64,000 nt of DNA from Eledone cirrhosa (lineage: Eukaryota): positions 209,002,001-209,066,000 of the forward strand of contig OZ024741.1 of NCBI GenBank assembly GCA_964016885.1, given 5' to 3'. A program made the position numbers and the translations under genes. Below are positions 1-12,630 of the stretch, piece after piece. The notes under the pieces were generated by a model that saw nothing but the letters and a program-made list of their open reading frames with translations, made no database searches and was not told the DNA's origin. The first letter of the stretch is position 1, and each line of letters starts with the position of its first letter.

Positions 1-95
1 AACTTACCTATAGTAATAATTACCTAGACACATATGACCTTAGCAACCTGTGCCCTACAAGACCAGCAAGAGGCAGACCACCTACCATTACCTCA

Positions 96-1436
96 ATGGC
101 CAAGAAAACCCACACAGATAGATGGAACTGGTGGACCAGAGCCATACGGACACCCGAAAACCACGATGAACTGAAGAAAATAATTGCACATGCGGTAGGG
201 GCCAGCATAAAACTAACCCTTAAGGAACATATGTTCAAATTTAATGGAAAAACATATGCCCAAGAGGAAGGAGCAGCCATTGGTGTTAGCATTGCAGGCG
301 ACATAGCTAACTTATTCATGGTATGGTGGGACAGTAGACTTAAACTTAAGCTTAAAGAACAATTAGAAGACACCTTAACCCTGATAATGTACTCCCGCTA
401 CGTTGATGATATAAACATCGTAGTTAAGACACCCCCACTAGAGAACAGTCAGGAACTAGAGAAAAACACAATGGAAAGCATCCAGCAAATAGCTAACTCC
501 ATCCACCAGAGCATTAGAGTTACTATAGACTACCCAAGTAAACACCCCAACCATCGATTACCTGTACTAGACACAGAGCTCTGGTTAGATACCATTAATA
601 ACAAAAAACAAATCCTCAATTCCCATTATGCCAAACCCATGACTTACAAACATCTGATCCACCGAAACTCGGCCGTTTCGGACCGTACCAAAATCAACAT
701 ACTGATTGCGGATTTGGTACGGGTGATGAGAAACGTGTCCCGCATGTGCAACCCCGAAGAACTAGAGAGACACATACAACACTTCATCCACCGTATGCAG
801 TTCTCTGGCTACAATCAGAGAGATAAAATCAGAGAGATAAAATCAGGAGCCAGAACCAAATGGGAAAAAATGGTAAATAATGACATAAATGGGACCTGCC
901 CCTTATATAGGAGCAAATTTTGGAATAGAATAGAAATAACTAGGAACAAGGCTAATAGAATAAACTCATGGTATGATAGCAATAAATACCAGAGTGTAAT
1001 GTTCATCGATACAACCCCTAGAGGTGAATTAGCTTACAAATTTAGAAGGGCCCTAAATAAACATAAACTCAATATTAAGATAGTAGAAAGACCAGGTACC
1101 TCCGTAAAAACACTTATTAGCAAGACATACCCTTTTCAAAGACCCTCATGTATAGATAAGAAATGTATAACCTGTAAAATAAGCCCCCATATTAACTGTA
1201 AAACTAGAAATGTAGTGTATAGCATAAGATGTACTGAAGGACAATGTAGAGACAACAATATAGTGTACATAGGTGAGACAGCTCGTAGTGTAGGGGAACG
1301 GTTAAATGAACACTGGCGAGACCTTCAAGATAGTAAAGAATCATCTGTACTCTACCAACATGCTAAAATAGAACACAAGGGTAAATTAGAGAACATAGAA
1401 ATAAAAATAGAATCTACACACAGACGCAATGTTTAG
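96..1436 (+). pseudogene. PLE RT-thumb-GIY-YIG ORF, family A; a small deletion frameshifts the C-terminus
   Basis: 446-aa ORF; the normal tail RKDAMFRQITEAINIKELQPKLNRK is intact in the 7265-7534 copy but out of frame here. Confidence 0.88.
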
Positions 1437-1728
1437 ACAAATTACAGAGGCAATAAACATAAAAGAATTACAACCAAAATTAAATAGAAAATATGAGTGG
1501 AACAACAACATCACAACTTACAATTAAGGACAAAATGAAACCATACACCCACATAGAACAAACAACCAACCAGTAACATGTAAATAAACAAATAAATAAA
1601 TGAACATAAACACACACAGACACCCAGATGTGGCGCATGCGCAGACTGAGCACACAACACACACACAGAAACAAAATGGCGTAGGACAGAACAAAGGAGA
1701 GGCACAGAAACAAAGCAAGGAATCCCCA

Positions 1729-1771
1729 GTCACTGAAGAGGTCACAGAGTGTGTGACGAAAGAACTATGAC
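1729..1771 (+). ncRNA. Minimal type-I hammerhead ribozyme in family A pLTR
   Basis: gtca-CTGAAGA-g-GTCAC(agagtgt)GTGAC-GAAA-gaac-TA-tgac; stem I gtca/tgac, extra nucleotide after A9, vestigial stem III. Confidence 0.75.
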
Positions 1772-1982
1772 AATATATAAACAACTATCTGGTTGTGGAA
1801 CCAACTAACCAACCATAAATTTATAAATTTATAAATTTATTATAAATTTATTATAATAAATTGAAGTGAAAGCAACTGGTGCGTGTGTTTCTTATTGGCA
1901 ACATGACCCTCCCAAAGTATAACAATATCGGTTTCAACACCCGATTTCAGATAAAGAATCTTGCTAAACAAATTCAGAAACG

Positions 1983-2024
<42 letters not shown>

Positions 2025-2152
2025 AAAGTTATATTTAAATTGTTGGGTTAACAACGAGTAAATATTTATAACTGATATAAAAGCACTCAACAAGTATTTG
2101 GAGTATATTTATGATATTAAATAAATGGAAACTATATTTATAAAACCATATT

Positions 2153-2218
2153 TATTTCATTATATATATTTCAGGGATATCATATTAACAATATGTTATG
2201 CCTTCATCAGACAAAATA
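2153..2218 (-). ncRNA. Hammerhead ribozyme in the inverted pLTR of H1
   Basis: Reverse complement of 5219-5285 with one stem II difference. Confidence 0.75.
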
Positions 2219-2296
2219 CAATATAAACAGTCTTATAAATAAATAGATACGACATACCTTTCAATCGACTTGCATTTGTGAAGTTGATTTGGCAGT

Positions 2297-3914
2297 CAGA
2301 TTGATTGCACCATCAAAATCGGACCTGGGTAAACTAAGCAAAAACATTCTTGACAGGGTGATACAGCAAATTAAAAACTTGAGTTGTTTACCTAACCTGA
2401 GCTTGTGGAAGGGAACTGGTGAGGTTGTTGAGTGGTTTAAGCAAATTAAATATAACAATAATAATAAGTTTATTCAACTTGATATTGCTAACTATTATTC
2501 TTCTATTACCCCTAATCTACTAAATAAGGCACTAAATTACGCATTCAAACATACAGACCTAACTAGCAATGAAATGCACATTATATTATCGGCTAGGAAA
2601 ACATTGATAGAATTTAATGACCAACTATGGACCCGAGCAGATAGAGATAACAATTTTGACATTACTATGGGATCATCCGACTCGGCTCAGGTAACTGACC
2701 TTGTGGGCTTATTTTTAATCAATTCGCTGCATAGGAAAATACCTGGTACTACCGGAGGTTTATATAGAGATGACATGCTTTTACTTATTGATAATAATAA
2801 CTCTGAACTAAATAGAAAAAGAAAACAAATTACACAATTTTTTAATCACTTTAATCTAAAAATAGAAATTGAGAATAACCATAGAATAGTCAACTTCCTA
2901 GATATAACATTAAATCTCAACACATGTCTTCACTATCCATTTCACAAGTTGAATGAAAACTTAAACTATGTCAGCTTTAACTCTAACCACCCCAGATCTG
3001 TTAAAAATACTATAGTAAACTCTGTTCAAAAACGTATCTCTAGAATCTCATCTAATAAAAAGATTTTCGACGAAAAAGCCCATTATTACAATGAAGCGTT
3101 AGCTAGAGCAGGATATAGTGATAAAATTATGTACATAGATAATGATAAACGAATTAAACAAAATAACAACTATTTTAATTACGGCCACAACCTTAACAAC
3201 TATAATAGAAAGCATTACAATAATTCCAAAAGCCATAAAAGAAATAGAACTAGGAATATAATATGGTTTGCCCCCCCTTTCTCACTAAACATTAAAACCC
3301 ACATCGCTAAACTATTTTTTAAAGCTCTTGATAATCGCTTCCCTAGAGCACATAGATATCACTCAATTTTCAATAGACATACTATAAAATTAACCTACTC
3401 ATCCACCAAAAATTTAGCACAAAATATTAATAGAATAAATAATAGGAACTTAAAACCTAGCGATAATAGCATAAATAATATCCAAGTGAACAAATGTAAC
3501 TGTAGAGATAGATCTAAATGTCCGTTAAATAACAACTGCTTAGTTAAAAATATAATATATGTTAAAACGGACGTTAATTCTTTTAACTACGTTGGTTCCA
3601 CATCGACGGAATTTAAACTTCGCTATAACAACCACAAGAATTCTTTCACAGATCCATCCAAAAAATCTTCAACAGCACTATCAGGCGTACTCTGGCAACT
3701 TAGGCATGATAACGTTAGATATTCGACGACTTGGAATATAGTCTCAAGAGGGATTCCTTTTAATTCATCCTCTGAGACATGTGACCTCTGTGCGGAGGAG
3801 ATATTCTTTATACTAAAATCTAAAAATTCCCTTAATCTACGGACAAATTTATTCAGTTGCTGCAGACATAGATTGAACTCAACGTTTAAATATAAATTTA
3901 AATTTAAAATGTAG
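2297..3914 (+). CDS. 5'-truncated but uninterrupted PLE RT plus GIY-YIG ORF
   Basis: VRLIAPSKSDLG, LDIANYYSSI, TMGSSDSAQVTDLVG, LYRDD, CNCRDRSKCPL, YVGSTSTEFKLRYNNH, CDLCAEE. Confidence 0.85.
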
Positions 3915-4378
3915 TTATGTTTGATTTGATTTCTAATTATTTATGAAACTAGCCGATAAATCTTTCGATTTCTTCTTTTTATTAAAACATTCTTTTTATT
4001 AAAACATTTTTCATGAATAATTAAACTACCCTAAAAGCTGATGCTCCAAATATATCGAATTAAATTTTACACTAGATAAACTTCTATATTAAATATAAGA
4101 ACATATGTAGACCAAATGGGTATCCTAAACTTTTGGAATGATTTCTGCTAGACAGGATTTGGTAAATAATAATTTTTGTTTTATCTGTTTCGACTCTGAT
4201 GCTTATGATGAACTTGGCAATATATTGTCAATTAAATTTGAAAGGCTGATCTTTGTGGCCGATTTGCGTGGCATACTATGTTTTATCTTTATTATTTTTT
4301 AATATTTTGTAATATTTTTATTTTTAATATTAAATGTTTTAGTTTTCTGTTTATTTATTTATTTTCTTGTCCCTGATA

Positions 4379-4409
<31 letters not shown>

Positions 4410-5218
4410 TTTATTTTTATTTTTATTAATATATTGAAATCTGTTCTCTATTTCTGCTTGATCGACAATCATGTAGAGTAAAGACAAGAATAGTATTGTT
4501 AAAATTAATATAGACTCTATATATATGTGTATATATACACACATATATGTATACTTGAATTTTTATAGCACAATGAGAATGTTTTCGTGTGAATTGGGAG
4601 CTTGTTTATAATTATGATATAAACATATGAATTTTTAAAAACTAGACATAAGATCATTACTTTTCACACATTATAGATACATGTCTCATTCATGAATACT
4701 GATATTTACATTATAGTGCCTGTTTTATACGAACTAATATTTTCTACATGGTGAAACATAGGGTTTTTAAATTCTGCCTCGTTTATGTCTGGTTATTTTT
4801 CATTTTCTCTTTTTCATTTTCTCTTTTTTCTCTCTATATAACGGCTATTTTCTCTCTTAACTACATACATCTCTCTTTACATTAATACTAGAGCTAAATA
4901 AATAAATAAATAAATAAATGTATCAACTGATACTCAACTACCTAGTTTCTCTATCTATCTCTATCTATCTCTTTCTTTTTTCCTCTCTCTATATATCTCT
5001 CTCTGTTTCTTTACATGAAGTTCTTCTCTTTATCTATCTTTCTATATCTCTCTATATTTAGTCACATGCATTTCTTCTTTTTCTTCGTTTTTCTTTCTTT
5101 CTTTCTCTCTTTCTTTTTACAACTGTCCACAATATGTTTTACTGCCAAATCAACTTCACAAATGCAAGTCGATTGAAAGGTATGTCGTATCTATTTATTT
5201 ATAAGACTGTTTATATTG

Positions 5219-5285
5219 TATTTTGTCTGATGAAGGCATAACATATTGTTAATATGATATGCCTGAAATATATATAATGAAATAA
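5219..5285 (+). ncRNA. Type-I hammerhead ribozyme in the H1 pLTR
   Basis: tattttgt-CTGATGA-AGGCATA...TATGCCT-GAA-ATATATAT-A-atgaaata; 8-bp stem I with two G.U pairs, palindromic stem III. Confidence 0.82.
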
Positions 5286-5324
5286 ATATGGTTTTATAAA
5301 TATAGTTTCCATTTATTTAATATC

Positions 5325-5364
<40 letters not shown>

Positions 5365-5452
5365 ACGAGCATAGATACATTTATCCACACATGCATATAT
5401 ATATATATGTGTGTGTGTGTGAGTGTATACATATACATATATCTACACACAG

Positions 5453-5509
<57 letters not shown>

Positions 5510-6059
5510 ATAAAGAAATACACAGACACATGCGAACACATACATATGCATGAATATATCCACATATATCCCTGAATTTGTGTGGTGCCAACCTTAATCG
5601 TTGTAGCTCTATGAATATCTGAGACAAAATAATCCGAATGAATTAGATTGATTCAGTTTCAGAGCTATATAATACATTATAAAGGAAGAAGAAACATTAG
5701 ATATAATTAATAAGATATACCATACCTAAATTTCATGATTACTCCTCGACTACGTAGTTTCGTGGCTAATTATGCAAAAACACTACATCACAGAGATGCC
5801 GTATTTTTGTGAGGTTTGCCGACTTATCAAGAGGATACCTCATTTAGAGATTCAAAACACGTCCGTAGGACGCGAAATAGAATCCCGAAAGGCGGAGGGG
5901 GGTCAATGACGTAATACAGCGGTCAAGAGGATGAAAAATAGCATGTCTTCTCTCTCATGTTTGCAAATAGTTTAAATATGAATTCATAAAATATGATTTT
6001 ATGAATCAAATATGATAGTATACTTTAATATTAATACAGATATTTATAAATTTGTATAG

Positions 6060-6766
6060 CCTGAAATATACACTTTAATTAATTCATTACTCTGAACTAA
6101 TTTAAAATGATTTGAAAGTTCACGGTCAACCGGATACGTCTGAATAGTATATATAACTAATTAACTAAGGAAATTAACCTTTATTGATTACACCCAGTTA
6201 TATTTAGGATTTAGATTGATGAATATTTCTAGATAATTCAATAATTCAATGATTCGAGTTTACTCTATCGCATAGCTATGCCCAAATGTATAGTTATGTA
6301 TAGATATATATAATTCATCACTCCCTATAATTACAATTATTCCTCTTTGTCTCCCTTTCATTGATCAATTCTCTTTTGCTCTCTATACCTCTTCTAGCTA
6401 TATTTTCCCCTCATCTGTTTTCTCTCTGTCTTTTTTACTTTCCTCTTTCTTCAATAATTATTTGAATCTCTAACAGTTATGTAAATTACTGTTATGTATT
6501 TTTAAGCTTTCTTACACGCCCCTCTGTATTATATGTATTTTATGTAAGTTTTTTCATGTATCAATCTTAAGGTATATAAATATTGAGATTTGTCATATCT
6601 TACTCACTACCATGACTGGATCTTAACCATCTACTATGTCAGGGTATGTCGTGCATCATCATCTTATTTTATCTGATGAGGACGTACTGTCAACAGTACC
6701 CCTGAAATATGTATAGTAAAATATACTTGATCACAAGAAGTTCTATTTTTGTTAATATTTTGAATT

Positions 6767-6770
<4 letters not shown>
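6060..6770 (+). mobile_element. ORF-less PLE 3' UTR/pLTR remnant ending at (TA)n
   Basis: Pyrimidine-rich tract like the H1 3' UTR, then a hammerhead, then (TA)n; 5' boundary uncertain. Confidence 0.55.
6666..6722 (+). ncRNA. Type-I hammerhead ribozyme
   Basis: attttat-CTGATGA-ggacGTACTGtcaaCAGTACccct-GAA-ATATGTAT-A-gtaaaat. Confidence 0.82.
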
Positions 6771-6809
<39 letters not shown>

Positions 6810-6811
<2 letters not shown>

Positions 6812-7795
6812 CCTTTCTGGATTTGTTTAGCAAGATTCTTTATCTGAAAACGTGTGTTATACTTTGGGAGGGTCATGTTGCCAATAAGAAACACACGCAG
6901 CAGTTGCTTTTACTTCAATTTATTATAATAAATTTATAAATTTAGGAATTTATAAATTTCCGGTTGGTTGGTTGGTTGGCTGGTTGGTTGGTTCCACAAC
7001 CAGATGGTTGTTTATATATTGTCAAAGTTCTTTCGTCACACATTCTGTGACATCTTCAGTGACTGGGGATTCTTTTCTTTGTTTTTGTGCCTCTCCTTTG
7101 TTCTGTCCTACGCCATCTTGTTTCTGTGTGTGTGTTGTGTACTCAGTCTGCGCATGCACCACATCCGGGTGTCTGTGTGTGTTTATATTCGTTTATTTAT
7201 TTGTTTATTTACATGTTACTGGTTGGTTGTTTGTTCTATGTGCGTGTGTGTTTTCATTTTGTCCTTAATTGTAAGTTGTGATGTTGCTGTTCCACTCATG
7301 TTTTCTATTTAATTTTGGTTGTAATTCTTTTATGTTTATTGCCTCTGTGATTTGTCTAAACATTGCGTCTTTTCTGTGTGTAGATTCTATTTTTATTTCT
7401 ATGTTCTCTAATTTACCCTTATGTTCTATGTTAGCATGTTGGTAGAGTACGGATGATTCTTTACTATCGCGAAGGTCTCGCCAGTGTTCATTTATCCGTT
7501 CCCCTACACTACGAGCTGTCTCACCTATGTACACTATATTTTTATCTCTACATTGTCCTTCAGTACATATTATGCTATATACTACATTTCTAGTTTTACA
7601 GTTAATATGGGGGCTTAATTTACAGGTTATACAATTCTTAACTATACAGGGGGTCTTTGAAAAGGGTATGTCTTGCTAATAAGTGTTTTTATGGAGGTAC
7701 CTGGTCGTTCTACTATCTTAATATTGAGTTTATGTTTATCCAGGGCCCTTCTAAATTTGTAAGCTAATTCACCTCTAGGGGTTGTATCGATGAAC
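6810..7795 (-). mobile_element. PLE family A, inverted 3' arm (GIY-YIG plus pLTR)
   Basis: Reverse complement of about 1000-1985; minus-strand ORF YIGETARSVGERINEH...; hammerhead at 7021-7063. Confidence 0.92.
7021..7063 (-). ncRNA. Minimal hammerhead, family A inverted arm
   Basis: Minus strand reads gtca-CTGAAGA-t-GTCAC...GTGAC-GAAA-gaac-TT-tgac. Confidence 0.7.
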
Positions 7796-10700
7796 CACCA
7801 CAATCTTAACAAACACACAGACACAGAAAACAGGTAATGGCAGTAGCACAGAAATAAGGGAAGGTAATAGGATTGAAAGGAGAAGGGAGACTATGGACAG
7901 AGAAAATAACCAAGACGAACACACAGGCACACAAAATAGAGTAGATAATAACAATGAACCAGAGGAAAGAGACAGGAGTGATAATGATAGACATAGAAAC
8001 AACCATGAGGCTGTTGGTGGAAATAGAAATAGAAACAACACAACTAACAATAACAATAGCACTAGTACACATAAAGCAGTAGCCTGGAACTCTACTTTTT
8101 ATAATCCCTCCGATAAGTCGTTCGACCTGCGGCGAGTCCACGCCACGACTTTAGCTTTTAACAAACGCACGCAATTGCAGTCGCAGGTCGATGAACAAAC
8201 GGAAGCACAATTTAGTATAGCTAGATCTAAACTTAGAAATATTATAGAACAGTATAGCAAGAAGCATAATAGAATGGAGGCCCAGCAACTGGGAGAAAAA
8301 TCTGCAAATGGCTTGCGTAAGCTCATGCAGCGCTCGCGTAATGGAGAGATAGCATGCTTTCCAACAGACAAATCTGGCAGATTGTTGGTTGACAGTCTGC
8401 CAAACTACATCCAGGCAATGCAACCCGACATCACTAACACAAGAGAAGTAACACCACAAGAGCATGAGGATAGAGAAAAAGCCCTCAATGCCCTATGGTG
8501 ATGTGGACAAATATAATGCAGCCCAACAAAAGGACTGCCAACAACTTCCAGGCCTGGAACAATGACGTGCCAGCGTTGTATGGGCTTCGAAAAGACCATA
8601 AAACGAGCAGTGACCCTATCACGGGACCACCAACACGGCCAGTCTGTGGAACTAACATTGCTAGTAACTACAGACTGTCCTACTTCCTCTCCCTGATCAT
8701 ACGCCCCATCATTGAAATGTCCCCAGATCTATATGACAGCACGGAGGACCTCCTCAGCAGAATCGGTGAGGGTAACCGATCTAGGGACCTAACAAACTGC
8801 ATAATAGGTAGTATGGATGTTGTGTCCCTGTATCCATCTATTGACGTGGATTTTGCTGAGTAGAAATGCGTAGAAATGATCAGTGAGAACAATGTTGAGT
8901 TCCGTGGGATTGATACCAGTGAGCTGGGACTCCTACTTAAACTTACCTATAGTAATAATTATCTAGACACATATGACCTTAGCAACCTGTGCCCTACAAG
9001 ACCAGCAAGAGGCAGACCACCTACCATTACCTCAATGGCCAAGAAAACCCACACAGATAGATGCATCGGGTGGACCAGAGCCATACGGACCCCCTAAAAC
9101 CACGATGAACTAAAGAAAATGATTGCATATGCGGTGGGGGCCAGCATAAAATTAACCCTTAAGGAACATATGTTCAAATTTAATGGAAAAACATATGCCC
9201 AAGAGGAGGGAGCAGCCATTGGTGTTAGCATTGCAGGCGACATAGCTAACTTATTCATGGTATGGTGGGACAGTAGACTTAAACTTAAACTTAAAGAACA
9301 ATTAGAAGACACCTTAACCCTGATAATGTACTCCCGCTACGTTGATGATATAAACATCGTAGTTAAAACACCCCCACTAGAGAACAGTCATGAATTTGAG
9401 AAAAACACAATGGAAAGCATCCAGCAAATAGCTAACTCCATCCACCAGAGTATTAGAGTTACTATAGACTACCCAAGCAAACACCCCAACCATCGATTAC
9501 CTGTACTAGACACAGAGCTCTGGTTAGATACCATTAATAACAAAAAACAAATCCTCAATTCCCATTATGCCAAACCCATGACTTCCAAATATCTGATCCA
9601 CCGAAACTCAGCTGTTTCGGACCATACCAAAATCAACATACTGATTGCGGATTTGGAACGGGTGATGAGAAACGTGTCCTGCATGTGCAACCCCGAAGAA
9701 CTAGAGAGACACATACAACACTTCATCCACCGTATGCAGTTCTATGGTTACAATCAGAGAGATAAAATCAGAGTGTAAAGAGGAGCCAGAACCAAATGGG
9801 AAAAAATGGTAAATAATGACACAAATGGGACCTGCCCCTTGTATAGGAGCAAATTTTGGAATAGAATAGAAAGAACTAGGAATAAGGCTAATAGAATAAA
9901 CTCATGGTATGTTAGCAATAAATACCAGAGTGTAATGGTCGATACAACCCCTAGAGGTGAATTAGCTTACAAATTTAGAAGGGCTAAACATAAACTCAAT
10001 ATTAAGATAGTAGAAAGACCAGGTACCTCCATAAAAACACTTATTAGCAAGACATACCCTTTTCAAAGACCCCCCTGTGTAGATAAGAAAGGTATAACCT
10101 GTAAAATAAGCCCCCATATTAACTGTAAAACTAGAAATGTAGTATATAGCATAAGATGTACTGAAGGACAATGTAGAGATAAAAATATAATGAACACTGG
10201 CGAGACCTTCGCGATAGTAAAGAATCATCCGTACTCTACCAACATACTAAAATAGAACATAAGGGTAAATTAGAGAACATAGAAATAAAAATAGAATCTA
10301 CACACAGAAAAGACGCAATGTTTAGACAAATCACAGAGACAATAAACATAAAAGAATTACAACCAAAATTAAATAGAAAACATGAGTGGAACAGCAACAT
10401 CACAACTTACAATTAAGGACAAAATGAAAACACACACGCACATAGAACAAACGACCAACCAGTAACATGTAAATAAACAAATAAATAAACGAATATAAAC
10501 ACACACAGACACCCGGATGTGGTGCATGCGCAGACTGAGCACACAACACACACACAGAAACAAGATGGCGTAGGACAGAACAAAGGAGAGGCACAAAAAC
10601 AAAGAAAAGAATCCCCAGTCACTGAAGAGGTCACAGAATGTGTGACGAAAGAACTTTGACAATATATAAACAACCATCTGGTTGTGGAACCAACCAACCA

Positions 10701-10811
10701 AGCAGAAATTTATAAATTCCTAAATTTATAAATTTATTATAATAAATTGAAGTAAAAGCAACTGGTGCGTGTGTTTCTTATTGGCAACATGACCCTCCCA
10801 AAGTATAACAA
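7796..10811 (+). mobile_element. PLE family A, long direct arm (N-terminal region, RT, GIY-YIG, pLTR), decayed
   Basis: ORF pieces 7893-8501 (PTDKSG), 8495-8863 (LYGLRKDHK, RPVC, SMDVVSLYPSI), 8876-9097, 9119-9778 (YVDD) and 9806-10255, with stops and frameshifts. Confidence 0.92.
10618..10660 (+). ncRNA. Minimal hammerhead, family A direct arm
   Basis: gtca-CTGAAGA-g-GTCAC...GTGAC-GAAA-gaac-TT-tgac. Confidence 0.7.
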
Positions 10812-10874
10812 TATATATATATATATTTCAGAGCACCAAACCAAGCAATTCTTTGCTTAATCTTTAATCTGTTA

Positions 10875-10973
<99 letters not shown>

Positions 10974-10986
10974 CAAAGCACCAACC

Positions 10987-11015
<29 letters not shown>

Positions 11016-11021
<6 letters not shown>

Positions 11022-12482
11022 TAAAATAACAGATTAAAATTTAAGCAAAGAATCGCTGCTTTCACCCGTAACGGGATCTTCTGAAACTAACAAAGTCAAT
11101 CTGTAAACGCAGAAGTGGATATTTCAAAAAACGTTGCAACCGGAGGAAGACAGGAAGACGATACTTTGGTTCGTGGAAACGTTCCCTGGCAAAGAACGGG
11201 AAAAAACGAATATAATACGTCATTAATAGGAGCGGTGAAAAACAATTACACGCAAGCCCCGCTGAGGCCCTGGAAATACTCTACGCCACAGACCATTTCT
11301 TAAACAAAAGATCTGAGGCAATTTCGGCTTGTAAACATAAATTGCACAAAACTTTCCTGTAGCCCCACATTATACCCTAACGGATAGTACGATCTATACG
11401 TGGATATTTTACGTCTTGATGTGGTAGCTAAGTATATGTTATGTTTATACCATTACTTATTTGCATAGGTAAGTATATATTACCTGTTTGTTTTGTGAAG
11501 GTACGTATACTTTCTCGTACGTATATTTGATTGTATATGTTATGGCGTATATTTTTATATATTCTGGTACATATGCTTTTGGTTATGTGTATACGGGAGT
11601 TTTGCGTCTGTGTGAGTATACTGGTTCGTACGTATGTTGGGTGTGTGTATATGTGTACTTCATGTTTTGGTTGATGTAGTCTCCGAACATTTGTGTGTTT
11701 ACATGTAGGTATGTGTGTGCGCTTGTTATATACGTATTTATTTATTTATATACCTGTATTTAATTACTTATTTATTTGTATACACGCACACACACACACA
11801 TGTATATGTGCGTGGTTTTGTATACCTATGGCGAGTGTTTTCGTGTATGCTTGCGTATGTTCGTATTTGGTTGCGTGTATGTATTTATTTAATTTCAATT
11901 ACCTCTGTATTGTATTTTATTTACTTTATTCTTAACTCTGAAGCGGAGAATCATTCGGTTTCTTAGTTAGAATTTTAGTCTACGACTTCAATTATACCAT
12001 TTACGTGGTTTTGTCTTCGCGTGCAATTGTTCTCCACGCTCCACATATGACGTATTATCTTCGTTTTTTTTCGTTCATTGCCAGAGAACGTCTCTATGAA
12101 CCACCTAAGAGAACATTAGTCTACGACTTCTTTTATACCATAAACGTGGTTTTGTCTTTGCGCGTAATTGTTTTTCACCGCTCCTATTAATGACGTATTA
12201 TATTCGTTTTTTCCCGTTCTTTGCCAGGGAACGTTTCCACGAACCAAAGTATCGTCTTCCTGTCTTCCTCCGGTTGCAACGTTTTTTGAAATATCCACTT
12301 CTGCGTTTACAGATTGACTTTGTTAGTTTCAGAAGATCCCTTTAAGGGTGAAAGCAGCGATTCTTTGCTTAAACTTTAATCTGTTATTTTAATAAATTTT
12401 TGCTCTACGGTTCTTATATATTTGATATATATTTATCCTTATCGAGCCGTCTTTGGATTTTAGTCTTCAAATTTATTATTAT

Positions 12483-12486
<4 letters not shown>
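11016..12486 (+). mobile_element. PLE family H2, severely 5'-truncated: inverted pLTR (11016-11255), last ORF codons, 3' UTR/pLTR
   Basis: 11016-11255 is the reverse complement of about 12157-12397; 11256-12395 is collinear with about 42098-43223; (TA)n on both sides. Confidence 0.88.
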
Positions 12487-12519
<33 letters not shown>

Positions 12520-12522
<3 letters not shown>

Positions 12523-12542
12523 TCTATATATTAAAAGCGAGG

Positions 12543-12630
<88 letters not shown>

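Larger units (their letters stand above)
1..1985 (+). mobile_element. Penelope-like element, family A, copy 1 (runs off the window start), with 3' pLTR ending in (TA)n
   Basis: RT motifs (GAAIGVSIAGDIANLFM, YSRYVDD), then GIY-YIG (VVYSIRC..C..YIGETARS..ER..EH), a 3' UTR with a hammerhead motif and a (TA)n tract; near-identical to 8940-10811. Confidence 0.92.
2022..5327 (+). mobile_element. PLE resembling the Hydra clade (family H1): inverted pLTR (2022-2296), 5'-truncated ORF, long 3' UTR/pLTR, (TA)n on both sides
   Basis: About 2112-2296 is the reverse complement of 5141-5327; the ORF has RT and GIY-YIG with a CNCRxxxxCPL linker and C-terminal CxLC...CxH. Confidence 0.88.

Noticed and set aside
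5560-6060. GC-richer segment as a distinct DNA transposon
   Set aside because: I could not find TIRs, a TSD or a second copy in the window, so it is left unassigned
7893-10255. In-frame stops in PLE ORFs as possible selenocysteine recoding, as in Naiad elements
   Set aside because: The breaks are frameshifts or TAG/TAA stops; the TAA at 9095 is GAA in the sister copy; and the domain order is RT then EN, not the Naiad order
10985-10990. CCCTAA as a telomeric repeat
   Set aside because: Single unit, no array
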